Virus record (IMG/VR): IMGVR_UViG_3300006922_000005
Source: a virus
Taxonomy: Duplodnaviria; Caudoviricetes
DNA: 64,000 nucleotides
Strand: one strand, 5' to 3'
A program made the translations under genes and the position numbers. Shown piece after piece: positions 55,577 through 63,238 of the stretch. The notes under the pieces were generated by a model that ran no database searches, was not told the origin of the DNA, and worked only from the letters and a program-made list of their open reading frames with translations. How positions within the stretch are numbered: position 1 is the stretch's first letter; each line of letters begins with the position of its first letter.

Positions 55577-56256
55577 CTATTTTGTATATAAAAATATGTT
55601 TTTTTGAGCAATTTTTTTATGACAGGATGTCTTGTGTTAAAGTTCCATGCAGTTAGATATCCTACTAGGTTAGGTGAAAGTAAGTTTCCTAGTTTGTCAC
55701 GAAGTTCAGTTGTATTGTTTGCTTTTCGTAACATATCTAATGCTTGTTCTTTATCTGCGTGTCTTAGCAGTTCGCTTGAGATATTCTTTGCAAAGGCTTC
55801 TATCTCATCTTGATTACCTAAATACTTTTGTTCTCTATCAGTTGCACGAAAACCTTTTTGTGTCGCAAAGTCTCTTTTACGATATTGTTTACTGTGAATC
55901 ATTTCATGTTCAAGTGCATCAATAACTCTAAACTTAACTTCTTCTATAGTATCTGCTGAAAACTTTATACCATCTTTGTTTTTTGGATTAAACAACAAAT
56001 CAATTCTATAAGGATCTAATTCATCTTCATCGTCCCATGGATCATATGTTGCATTAAGATTCATGTCATTAACATCAACGTTGTTAGTGTAGTCTACTGA
56101 TACTTTTTCAACTCCTAAACTTGCTATTAGGCTTTTTAACTTTCTAGCAATATACTTAGGTTGAAGATTATCTCTAGTAAGATACGTTAGAAAAGGTTCT
56201 AGTATCTTTGCTAGTTCTGATCTATCTTGAGGTTGTTGTACTTCATATAAACGCAT
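55573..56256 (-). CDS. HExxH zinc-metallopeptidase-like protein with MRLYEV leader
   Basis: LEHEMIHSKQ ... YLGNQDEIEAFA; TAAATA-N5-ATG. Confidence 0.6.
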   Translation of the reverse strand: MRLYEVQQPQDRSELAKILEPFLTYLTRDNLQPKYIARKLKSLIASLGVEKVSVDYTNNVDVNDMNLNATYDPWDDEDELDPYRIDLLFNPKNKDGIKFSADTIEEVKFRVIDALEHEMIHSKQYRKRDFATQKGFRATDREQKYLGNQDEIEAFAKNISSELLRHADKEQALDMLRKANNTTELRDKLGNLLSPNLVGYLTAWNFNTRHPVIKKLLKKTYFYIQNS

Positions 56257-56264
56257 AATGCTAT

Positions 56265-56753
56265 TTAATCTAATTTGTATTCAAAATTTTGAGATACATC
56301 ATTTATATGTACTTGTTTTGCACCATTCTTAATATGAAAATGTGTTGCCATAGTTGTTAATGGTGATAGTGTTACTAGTCTACTAAACTTATGTGCCTTT
56401 GCCCATTCGCCTAGTTTTTTAATAATTTCTTTACCTGCACCTTTTTTTCTAGACCATACAGTGTATGCAACAACAATTTCTCCTCGTTGCCCGTCTTGGT
56501 TAGCAACCTGTGACATGTAATCCATTTCTCTAACTGTATGCGGTACTTCGGGACATAATGCAGTACAAACGATTGCTTCTATTTCTTCATTATACTTTAG
56601 ACCAAATATTTTTCGGCCGTGCATTATTCTAAAACCTAGTGTAAGTTCCGGTCTAACAGGATCCTCACTTACATCAATGTCGTCTAGTTCAACTAGTTCA
56701 GAACCTTTTACCCACTTAAAAAAGTCTTCGACACTGTCTTTAATTTTTAACAT
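56265..56753 (-). CDS. Possible GNAT-fold acetyltransferase
   Basis: AYTVWSRKKGAGKEII (acetyl-CoA loop-like), FHIKNGA. Confidence 0.45.
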   Translation of the reverse strand: MLKIKDSVEDFFKWVKGSELVELDDIDVSEDPVRPELTLGFRIMHGRKIFGLKYNEEIEAIVCTALCPEVPHTVREMDYMSQVANQDGQRGEIVVAYTVWSRKKGAGKEIIKKLGEWAKAHKFSRLVTLSPLTTMATHFHIKNGAKQVHINDVSQNFEYKLD

Positions 56754-56946
56754 TAATAGTATCTTCCTTCTTTGTTATTGACCATGCACCATGATCAAGT
56801 TCTTCCCATAATAGAGTGTCACCATCATCCCAACCCATTTGATTAAGACTTTCAGGTGGCAGATCTAAAAAGAGTTCTTTTGTTTTTCCGTTTTCTCTTA
56901 CTTGAACGATCCAACTGTTTGGACCTGTTTTCTTAGGATAGGACAT
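56740..56946 (-). CDS. AbrB/MazE-like small DNA-binding protein
   Basis: LFLDLPPESLNQMGWDDGDTLLW. Confidence 0.6.
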   Translation of the reverse strand: MSYPKKTGPNSWIVQVRENGKTKELFLDLPPESLNQMGWDDGDTLLWEELDHGAWSITKKEDTINVKN

Positions 56947-56956
56947 CCTGATCTCC

Positions 56957-57523
56957 CTATAATATTTCGTCTGCTATTCCCATGTCAACCATTTGTTTAG
57001 CAGTGTAGTATTGGTCCGAAGGATTTTTAATAAACTTTGTACGAACCTCTTGCATTGACATGCCTGTTGCTTCTTTCAATATATTTAAGCATCTAATTTC
57101 ACAGTTTTGATTTTCTTTCATCTGTGCTCTCATGTCATGCATTTTGGAATTCATTTCATCACTGTGTTGATGATTCATGCTACCTGCATTTTTACCAATA
57201 TATCGTTCACCTTCTTTACCACTTGCAAAAATTAAAAAACCTGCACTCATAACAGCACCAATACCAACAGTAGATATATTATGGTAACTGTATTTCATTA
57301 CATCAATAAGTGCAAAGGCTTCGTATAAATCTCCACCATATGTATTAATGTATAGTTCTAAAGTGCGTTTGGGTTTTTTCTGTAAGTTTGCCGATAATAT
57401 CCATTTAATACAATCGCCAACATTATCTGTAGTAATTTCTCCGTGTAGATAATATACGTCATTATCCAGAAGACTTTTGTCAATTGTTTCACTAAATGTT
57501 AAATTATCATATTTAGAAGGCAT
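56957..57523 (-). CDS. clpP: Second, divergent ClpP-family protease
   Basis: LYINTYGGD, AVMSAG (Ser), MNHQ (His), SDQY (Asp). Confidence 0.8.
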   Translation of the reverse strand: MPSKYDNLTFSETIDKSLLDNDVYYLHGEITTDNVGDCIKWILSANLQKKPKRTLELYINTYGGDLYEAFALIDVMKYSYHNISTVGIGAVMSAGFLIFASGKEGERYIGKNAGSMNHQHSDEMNSKMHDMRAQMKENQNCEIRCLNILKEATGMSMQEVRTKFIKNPSDQYYTAKQMVDMGIADEIL

Positions 57524-57529
57524 AATAGT

Positions 57530-57558
57530 AATATACGTATATTTAGTTTAAAAGTCAA
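57530..57558 (-). promoter_or_regulatory. sigma70-type promoter (leaderless) with an embedded TAAATA box
   Basis: TTGACT-N17-TATATT, 6 nt before the ATG; TAAATA at 57540-57545. Confidence 0.7.
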
Positions 57559-57570
57559 CATCTTTATTGT

Positions 57571-57696
57571 CCAAGTACGGCCCCCATCCCGCCTACTCAG
57601 TGATCTGGCTCATTATGAACACGGAGTACCTACCAAACTACGCTCACGGATCCCCAGATCTTTCCTTATGTGTAGCATCATATTGTGCTACGGTAT
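57571..57696 (-). ncRNA. Candidate structured non-coding RNA directly 3' of tRNA-Arg
   Basis: 50% GC over 57571-57690 (counted); stems GTAGCA/TGCTAC, GATCTGG/CCAGATC and AGTA-GGC/GCC-G-TACT; no credible ORF. Confidence 0.5.
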
Positions 57697-57773
57697 TGGC
57701 CTGCCCGGCAGGATTCGAACCTGCAACCTACTGCTTAGAAGGCAGTTGATCTATCCAGTTGATCTACGGGCAG
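57697..57773 (-). tRNA. tRNA-Arg, anticodon TCT
   Basis: CTGCCCG/CGGGCAG acceptor, CCA, ACTGC-CTTCTAA-GCAGT, GCAGG-TTCGAAT-CCTGC. Confidence 0.95.
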
Positions 57774-57778
57774 TAACT

Positions 57779-58039
57779 TCAATTATACTCCCTATAGTTC
57801 TTGATAGACCATTTTTCAACAACAGGTAAACCATTCTCATCTTCGTCTACTGCGACATAGGCCACAGTCTTTTTAACTGTACCATAACGGTATCCTTGAC
57901 CAACTACATCGCCTACCCAGATCTTGTGTGGGTAGTCGCACCATGTATCGCGATCATTCAGTGAAAATTCAAAATGGTTGCCCACTTCTTTTTCAACAAA
58001 TGCTCCAATTGGGTCTTTAGTGTGAGTCCAGTAAGCCAT
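57779..58039 (-). CDS. Hypothetical early protein
   Basis: 86 aa, SD AGGAGG. Confidence 0.75.
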   Translation of the reverse strand: MAYWTHTKDPIGAFVEKEVGNHFEFSLNDRDTWCDYPHKIWVGDVVGQGYRYGTVKKTVAYVAVDEDENGLPVVEKWSIKNYREYN

Positions 58040-58075
58040 ATAGGCCTCCTATTGCTGTTTTCTAACTATGTACTT

Positions 58076-58104
58076 ATAATAACACCACCCTATATAGAAG
58101 TCAA
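58076..58104 (-). promoter_or_regulatory. sigma70-type promoter
   Basis: TTGACT-N17-TATTAT. Confidence 0.7.
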
Positions 58105-58178
58105 CCACTAATTGCAATTATGTGCTAATATTTTTCCAATCCGGCGATAAATATCTATATCGAAGCGAGGATGTGTAC

Positions 58179-58457
58179 ATGGATTTTTTAGCGTTTGTTG
58201 GCGAAGTTGGTTTCCCTATTGCAGGAGCAATAGCCGCGGGATCATTTGTCTTCTTAACGTTAAAATTTATCCTAGCATCAGTAACAGGGTCAGTACAAGG
58301 TCTTAAAGGTATTATTGGTGCATTAGATAATCGTGTTCAAACTATGAACAACGACCTTGTTAAAATAGATGCATTATTAAGTTATGTATTAAGTATTAGA
58401 CCAAACGTTGATCGTATTGCGGCCAACGAAGGAAAAGAGGACGCTCGGCGTGATTAA
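58179..58457 (+). CDS. Single-TM coiled-coil membrane protein A (start revised to MDFLAF)
   Basis: VGFPIAGAIAAG TM then LDNRVQTMNNDLVKID; SD GAGG; TAAATA at 58148-58153. Confidence 0.75.
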   Translation: MDFLAFVGEVGFPIAGAIAAGSFVFLTLKFILASVTGSVQGLKGIIGALDNRVQTMNNDLVKIDALLSYVLSIRPNVDRIAANEGKEDARRD

Positions 58458-58463
58458 AACAAG

Positions 58464-58793
58464 ATGACAACAGAATTAGCAAATGCAATTAAAGACTTTG
58501 GGTTTCCGATTGTTGCCGCTATGGGATTAGGTTATTTTGTTTATTATGTATGGAAGTGGGTAACCACTGAAATTAAACCTGTGCTAGGTGAAGCACAATC
58601 TACACTTATAAAATTAGTTGATCGTATTAGAATGTTAGATAATGATATGATTAGACTGAACACAAAACTATCAATGGTGTTAGAATACAAAGACGAGATA
58701 GAACAAGCCTCCGGGCAAAAACTAGACATAGACGATATTCTAACTAGGAACAAAAGTTTTTCTGAGGGGTTTGATAGTACGGGGAAAAAATAA
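58464..58793 (+). CDS. Single-TM coiled-coil membrane protein B, paralogue of A
   Basis: FGFPIVAAMGLG TM then LVDRIRMLDNDMIRLN. Confidence 0.75.
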   Translation: MTTELANAIKDFGFPIVAAMGLGYFVYYVWKWVTTEIKPVLGEAQSTLIKLVDRIRMLDNDMIRLNTKLSMVLEYKDEIEQASGQKLDIDDILTRNKSFSEGFDSTGKK

Positions 58794-58898
58794 ATGTCAG
58801 AAGAACAAAAAAACTATTTTGCTTTGACTAAGTACATACTGATAGGATTAATATTCAGTATTGCAGTTGGAGTTGTAGTTTGTTATATGTGTTACTAA
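58794..58898 (+). CDS. 34-aa single-TM peptide (not in ORF track)
   Basis: MSEEQKNYFALTKYILIGLIFSIAVGVVVCYMCY; ATG immediately after the upstream stop. Confidence 0.45.
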   Translation: MSEEQKNYFALTKYILIGLIFSIAVGVVVCYMCY

Positions 58899-59251
58899 CA
58901 TTTTTATTTTTACTTTTTGCTAAACATGCAATTTGTGATTTAGCAATTCAACGACTACTTCATTCAAATAAAGAAAAGTATCTTAATCAACAAGCACATA
59001 TTCACTACTTACATCACGGACTAGGTAGTTTGTTTGCAGGACTTGTTATTGATATTAAGTTCGCTTTTGTAATTTTTGTTTTAGACTATCTAATTCACTG
59101 GCACGTTGATTATTGTAAGACTCTTGTTCGTAAGTATTATGATCTGAAGGAAAAAGATTTGCAGTTTTGGGTATTGCAGTCTGCGGATCAGGTTCTACAC
59201 TATTTGACGTATATCCTATTTGCTGTTTTAGTTCTGCAATTCTACGCTTAA
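58880..59251 (+). CDS. DUF3307-like His-rich membrane protein
   Basis: KHAICDLAIQ, HYLHH, DYLIHWHVDYCK, DQVLH. Confidence 0.75.
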   Translation: MLYVLLTFLFLLFAKHAICDLAIQRLLHSNKEKYLNQQAHIHYLHHGLGSLFAGLVIDIKFAFVIFVLDYLIHWHVDYCKTLVRKYYDLKEKDLQFWVLQSADQVLHYLTYILFAVLVLQFYA

Positions 59252-59274
59252 TTTGCATTACACGATATTCTATA

Positions 59275-61326
59275 TCACTTACCTGTTGCAATAAAAACTC
59301 CATTCCAATCTTTTGGTAAGTCTTGTGTTTGCTGGAATTCACAACGTTCGATCCACATCTTATAATATCCTTCCATCTTACCATCAAAGTGTCGCATTAA
59401 ATTATTGCAAAGTTTAATTGCTTCTTTAAAGTTTTGATTTCTATATTCTTTATGCATACGAATATGCATCTCTTGACTTTTTGTTATTGCATGTGTAACT
59501 TCAATATTTAATACTGTGTATATTGCGAGGCCAACACTCTTACCTTTAACTTGTAGATCATCTACTTTTAAGTAAAAGAAGTCGTCTTTTGTTGCTTCAT
59601 ATGTCGCTTCTCCAACAAGTAATAGACATCCGTATTCTTTACACTTGCTTTCAATACGAGCGGCTGTACTGACTGAGTCTCCAAGGACATCGTAACTGTG
59701 TCTTGCTGTACTGCCCATCTCGCCCAAATAACCAAGACCAGTATTAATACCAGCCCCCATCCCAACGGGTGGCCTGCCTTCGCTAGTAATTTTTTCATTA
59801 AACTTCTCCACTGCGGTTAACATTTTTAATCCTGTTTGGATTGCACTCTTAGGATGATGCGGATCGTCTAGTGGTGCACCGTGAATATGCATACTTGCAT
59901 CACCAATATATTTAATAACCATACCATCTGCATCTAGTATAGGTTGCGTAATTGCATCCATATAACTATTCATAATTTTAGTTAGGCCTTTTACATCATC
60001 TCCAAAACTTTCACCTAATGGTGTAAATCCTCTTAGATCGGAGAAGCAAATTGAAACTTCTTTTTTCATACCGTCTTTGATTAGTGCTGGATTCTCTTGT
60101 AGCATACGTACTACTGTTGGAGATGCGTATCCTGCGAACTGTTTCTTAATTGCTTGTTTCTCAAAAAATTCAACTACAAATCGATTAAACGTTGCATGAA
60201 ACCCTGTAATAACAGTTACAAGTACGAACCAACTCCAGTCCCATAGCATTAAATGCTTCGTAAACGCAATATAAGCACCGTACACTGGCGTTATAGAAGT
60301 AATGAGTATCATTGCCCCAACGGCCCAGTAAGGAGCACGTACGGCTACTAATATTAACAATAAGCCACCTACGATTGTTGCTATCCATTCTACAAATGTA
60401 GCATAATCGAAACGTACAATAGTGTCTCCATTTATAATAGTTTGGAGGCTAGTAGCAATAGGCATGTGTCCAAATTGTTCTCCACGTGGAGTGGCTATCA
60501 CATTGGCTAACCCTTCTGCTGTAATTCCTACAATTACTGTTTTACCTGCTAACATACTATAGTCATCTTGTGAAGCACTAACAGTTTCAAATTCTTTATT
60601 ATAACGTAACCATATTCTACCATATTGGTCAGTTTTAATTGTTGCATATTTTGGAACACGCATTGCAGTAATTCCGCCTTGTTGTGTTTTAACTTGATAA
60701 CTTGGATCACCAACAGCAACACGAATAGTTTCCATAGCAACACTAGGATATGTTTCATCACCAACTCTCATTATAAGAGGTACACGCCTTACGACACCAT
60801 CTATTTCTGGTACTGTTGATATTACTCCAACACCGTCTGCGTTTAATCCTAACAATTCAATTGGTCCTAACATACCTGGCCATTCAAACAACCAAGGCAT
60901 AGGATCGCCTATTTTAGCAACACCTCTTGGTACTGCATTTTTATTAACACCTTGTGTTGTTCCTGTTTGAGCAATAATTACACCATTACCTGCTAATGCT
61001 TCGGCAAGTTCCATATCTCCGCCTAGTCTATCTTCTTCAGAAAATAGTATAGGCATTACAATAATGCCAGCACCTGACTCACGTAACTTCCAAATTATAT
61101 CTGCAAGTGTTTTTCTGTTCCACGGCCACTGTCCGTATTTCTCAATTGACTTTTCGTCTATTTCTAAAATAGCAACATCTTGTGATACAGTAGGAATATC
61201 ATACTGTTGTATAATATCAAAACTTTTTAATCGTAGTGTTTCTTTAACATAAGGATCAGAAAATCCTATAAAAGAAAGTACTGCTAAAGTGACTAAAGCA
61301 GTTGCCCAATGTGTAATATATTTCAT
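59275..61326 (-). CDS. CHASE2-domain class III adenylate/guanylate cyclase
   Basis: CHASE2 GQWPWNRK..LA...D, DGVVRRVP; three TM helices; cyclase FSDLRGFT, KYIGDA, YDVLGDSVSTAARIE, VKGK. Confidence 0.92.
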   Translation of the reverse strand: MKYITHWATALVTLAVLSFIGFSDPYVKETLRLKSFDIIQQYDIPTVSQDVAILEIDEKSIEKYGQWPWNRKTLADIIWKLRESGAGIIVMPILFSEEDRLGGDMELAEALAGNGVIIAQTGTTQGVNKNAVPRGVAKIGDPMPWLFEWPGMLGPIELLGLNADGVGVISTVPEIDGVVRRVPLIMRVGDETYPSVAMETIRVAVGDPSYQVKTQQGGITAMRVPKYATIKTDQYGRIWLRYNKEFETVSASQDDYSMLAGKTVIVGITAEGLANVIATPRGEQFGHMPIATSLQTIINGDTIVRFDYATFVEWIATIVGGLLLILVAVRAPYWAVGAMILITSITPVYGAYIAFTKHLMLWDWSWFVLVTVITGFHATFNRFVVEFFEKQAIKKQFAGYASPTVVRMLQENPALIKDGMKKEVSICFSDLRGFTPLGESFGDDVKGLTKIMNSYMDAITQPILDADGMVIKYIGDASMHIHGAPLDDPHHPKSAIQTGLKMLTAVEKFNEKITSEGRPPVGMGAGINTGLGYLGEMGSTARHSYDVLGDSVSTAARIESKCKEYGCLLLVGEATYEATKDDFFYLKVDDLQVKGKSVGLAIYTVLNIEVTHAITKSQEMHIRMHKEYRNQNFKEAIKLCNNLMRHFDGKMEGYYKMWIERCEFQQTQDLPKDWNGVFIATGK

Positions 61327-61362
61327 ATTTGTATTTATTTGTGTTTAAGTTGGTGCTAAAGT

Positions 61363-61782
61363 TTATGATATATTGCACCAATACTGTTCTGCACCAGGCT
61401 GTAAAGACTCACAACCTCGTAGAAGTAATTCTAACATCACAGGTAGGTCTTGGGCAATACCAGTTATCATAGCAAGAAAAATAAACAGGAAAAATAGTAT
61501 AATAGGACTTAATAAAATTAACCACCAATAGGTTCTAAGTATTCCGTGTCCGTGTTCAAGTCTGTATTCTCTTTTATGAGCAAACCATCGTACTACTATT
61601 TTGATTATTGATTTAATTCCTCCAACAAACCAATCGCCTATAAAGTGTCTAATGATTCTAACAACAATAAGTATTGGACTTGAAACTACTTCCCATATCA
61701 AAAGTAATGCATCAACACAAAGATCAACAACGTGATCAATAGTCCACCATTCTTTAAAACGTTGCCATCTACTCTTGTTCAT
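61363..61782 (-). CDS. Membrane protein
   Basis: Two hydrophobic segments; TAAATA-N4-ATG. Confidence 0.7.
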   Translation of the reverse strand: MNKSRWQRFKEWWTIDHVVDLCVDALLLIWEVVSSPILIVVRIIRHFIGDWFVGGIKSIIKIVVRWFAHKREYRLEHGHGILRTYWWLILLSPIILFFLFIFLAMITGIAQDLPVMLELLLRGCESLQPGAEQYWCNIS

Positions 61783-61792
61783 AACGTATTTA

Positions 61793-63238
61793 TTATTGCT
61801 GAACTACAGTGGTTGTTCCACAACCATTTGCGTTAACACAGGTTTGACTTATTGAGTATGTTTGATTAGTTGAACCTTGTTGTGTAAGGTCAAGTGTTGC
61901 ACTAAACCCTGACATAGATACTGAAGTGTTGTGCTGTCCACTTCCGTCTTGTGTTATGTCAACTGTTTGATCACTGCCAACAGCAATTTCTGCATAGTGT
62001 GAACCTGCACCTTGTTGATATAAGTCTATATCATTGTCATCACCTTGTACACTTAGAAATGCTTTTTTATCTCCGTCATTGAGTTGACTTGCTAAAACAT
62101 TATTGTTGTCACCATCTAAATCTAATGCAAAGAAGTGTCCATTAGTTCCTATACCATTGTTGTGATTTTGTGTAATGCTTGTTGTATTAGTGTCACCATT
62201 AATACTAAACTCAAGTCTATTATCGTCTGCACCTGACGTACTACCTTGATCAGCAGTTGTTGTATTAGAGTCGCCTGTAATATTAAACAACATAACATTA
62301 TTGTTGCCTTTTTGTTTGAGTGTAGTAGTGTTATTGTTTCCTACAATCTCTGCATGTATCAAACTGTTTGTTGTACTACCACCGCCTGCAATAAGATTGT
62401 CATTGCCATCTTGTACAATAGTTAAATCGTTGTTGTCTCCTACTTGCTCAATGTATACGCCGTTGCCACTGTGTGTTACTGCTCTTGATGTTGTTATCTG
62501 TGTAGTCTGTGCGTTGCTTATGCTTGATGTATATGTGGTTGTTGTTGCAACTAATCCTTCTTCTTGCAAGGCTCGATACAACAAATCATTCATGTTAGAC
62601 GCATATTGATGAGTTGAAAGAAACTGACCATAACCAAATGTTACATAAACTGAACCACCATTTGAACCATAATCCCATTTGTGCATAATAGGAATATTAT
62701 TATTACTAGATGAGTTAGCGGCTACAGTTTCACCACCAGTTACATTGTACATATATTTGTCTGAACCTGGTAAAGTATTTTCACTAGTTGTACTACTTGC
62801 ATAGTCACCTTTTCTTACTGAATAGTAACAAGTATTGCATCCGCCACCTTGAGTAAAACTACCTACGCCCATCTTAGTTTCAATCAGTGCTTCTATACTG
62901 TTATTTCTGTTGGTTGCTCCGTTGGATCCTACTATAAGTAATTTGCCGCCGCCACTTACATAAGTGTCATACACTGACTTACAGGTACTACCACAGTTTG
63001 AAGTGCCTGTCATATCAATAACTAAATCCTGGCCTGATACATCACTTGAACTAGTTGTGCCACTTGTGCTACCTGAAACAGTAAAGCCTGCATCTTCAAG
63101 TTCGCTTTTTAGATGTGTATATTGGTCTGAAGTAACACCATTTCTATAATATATAAAGGCATCATTTGCAGATGCTTGTATAGGCAATACTAATAATAAA
63201 AATAATATACTACTGTACTTGAATAATGTCAATTTCAT
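61793..63238 (-). CDS. Secreted protein with C-terminal curlin-like (CsgB-type) repeats (start revised to MKLTLF)
   Basis: Signal peptide ending ASA; repeats such as IEQVGDNNDLTIVQDGNDN, QKGNNN, QGDDNDIDLYQQGAG, QQGSTN. Confidence 0.75.
   Translation of the reverse strand: MKLTLFKYSSILFLLLVLPIQASANDAFIYYRNGVTSDQYTHLKSELEDAGFTVSGSTSGTTSSSDVSGQDLVIDMTGTSNCGSTCKSVYDTYVSGGGKLLIVGSNGATNRNNSIEALIETKMGVGSFTQGGGCNTCYYSVRKGDYASSTTSENTLPGSDKYMYNVTGGETVAANSSSNNNIPIMHKWDYGSNGGSVYVTFGYGQFLSTHQYASNMNDLLYRALQEEGLVATTTTYTSSISNAQTTQITTSRAVTHSGNGVYIEQVGDNNDLTIVQDGNDNLIAGGGSTTNSLIHAEIVGNNNTTTLKQKGNNNVMLFNITGDSNTTTADQGSTSGADDNRLEFSINGDTNTTSITQNHNNGIGTNGHFFALDLDGDNNNVLASQLNDGDKKAFLSVQGDDNDIDLYQQGAGSHYAEIAVGSDQTVDITQDGSGQHNTSVSMSGFSATLDLTQQGSTNQTYSISQTCVNANGCGTTTVVQQ

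Noticed and set aside
57571-57696. Theta/HDV-like ribozyme or tmRNA piece after tRNA-Arg
   Set aside because: GATCTGG/CCAGATC resembles P1, but no P1.1 GG, canonical L3 or J4/2 could be placed. GGGGGCCG is not followed by the tmRNA GGATTCGAC-like motif. Kept only as an unassigned RNA.
59055-59387. Antisense ORF (MQIKRRIAELKQQ...ELDSLKQKLQKRT) overlapping the DUF3307-like gene
   Set aside because: It has no SD or promoter, and a K/Q/N-rich frame is the expected shadow of a T-rich membrane-protein gene. Not excluded, but unsupported.
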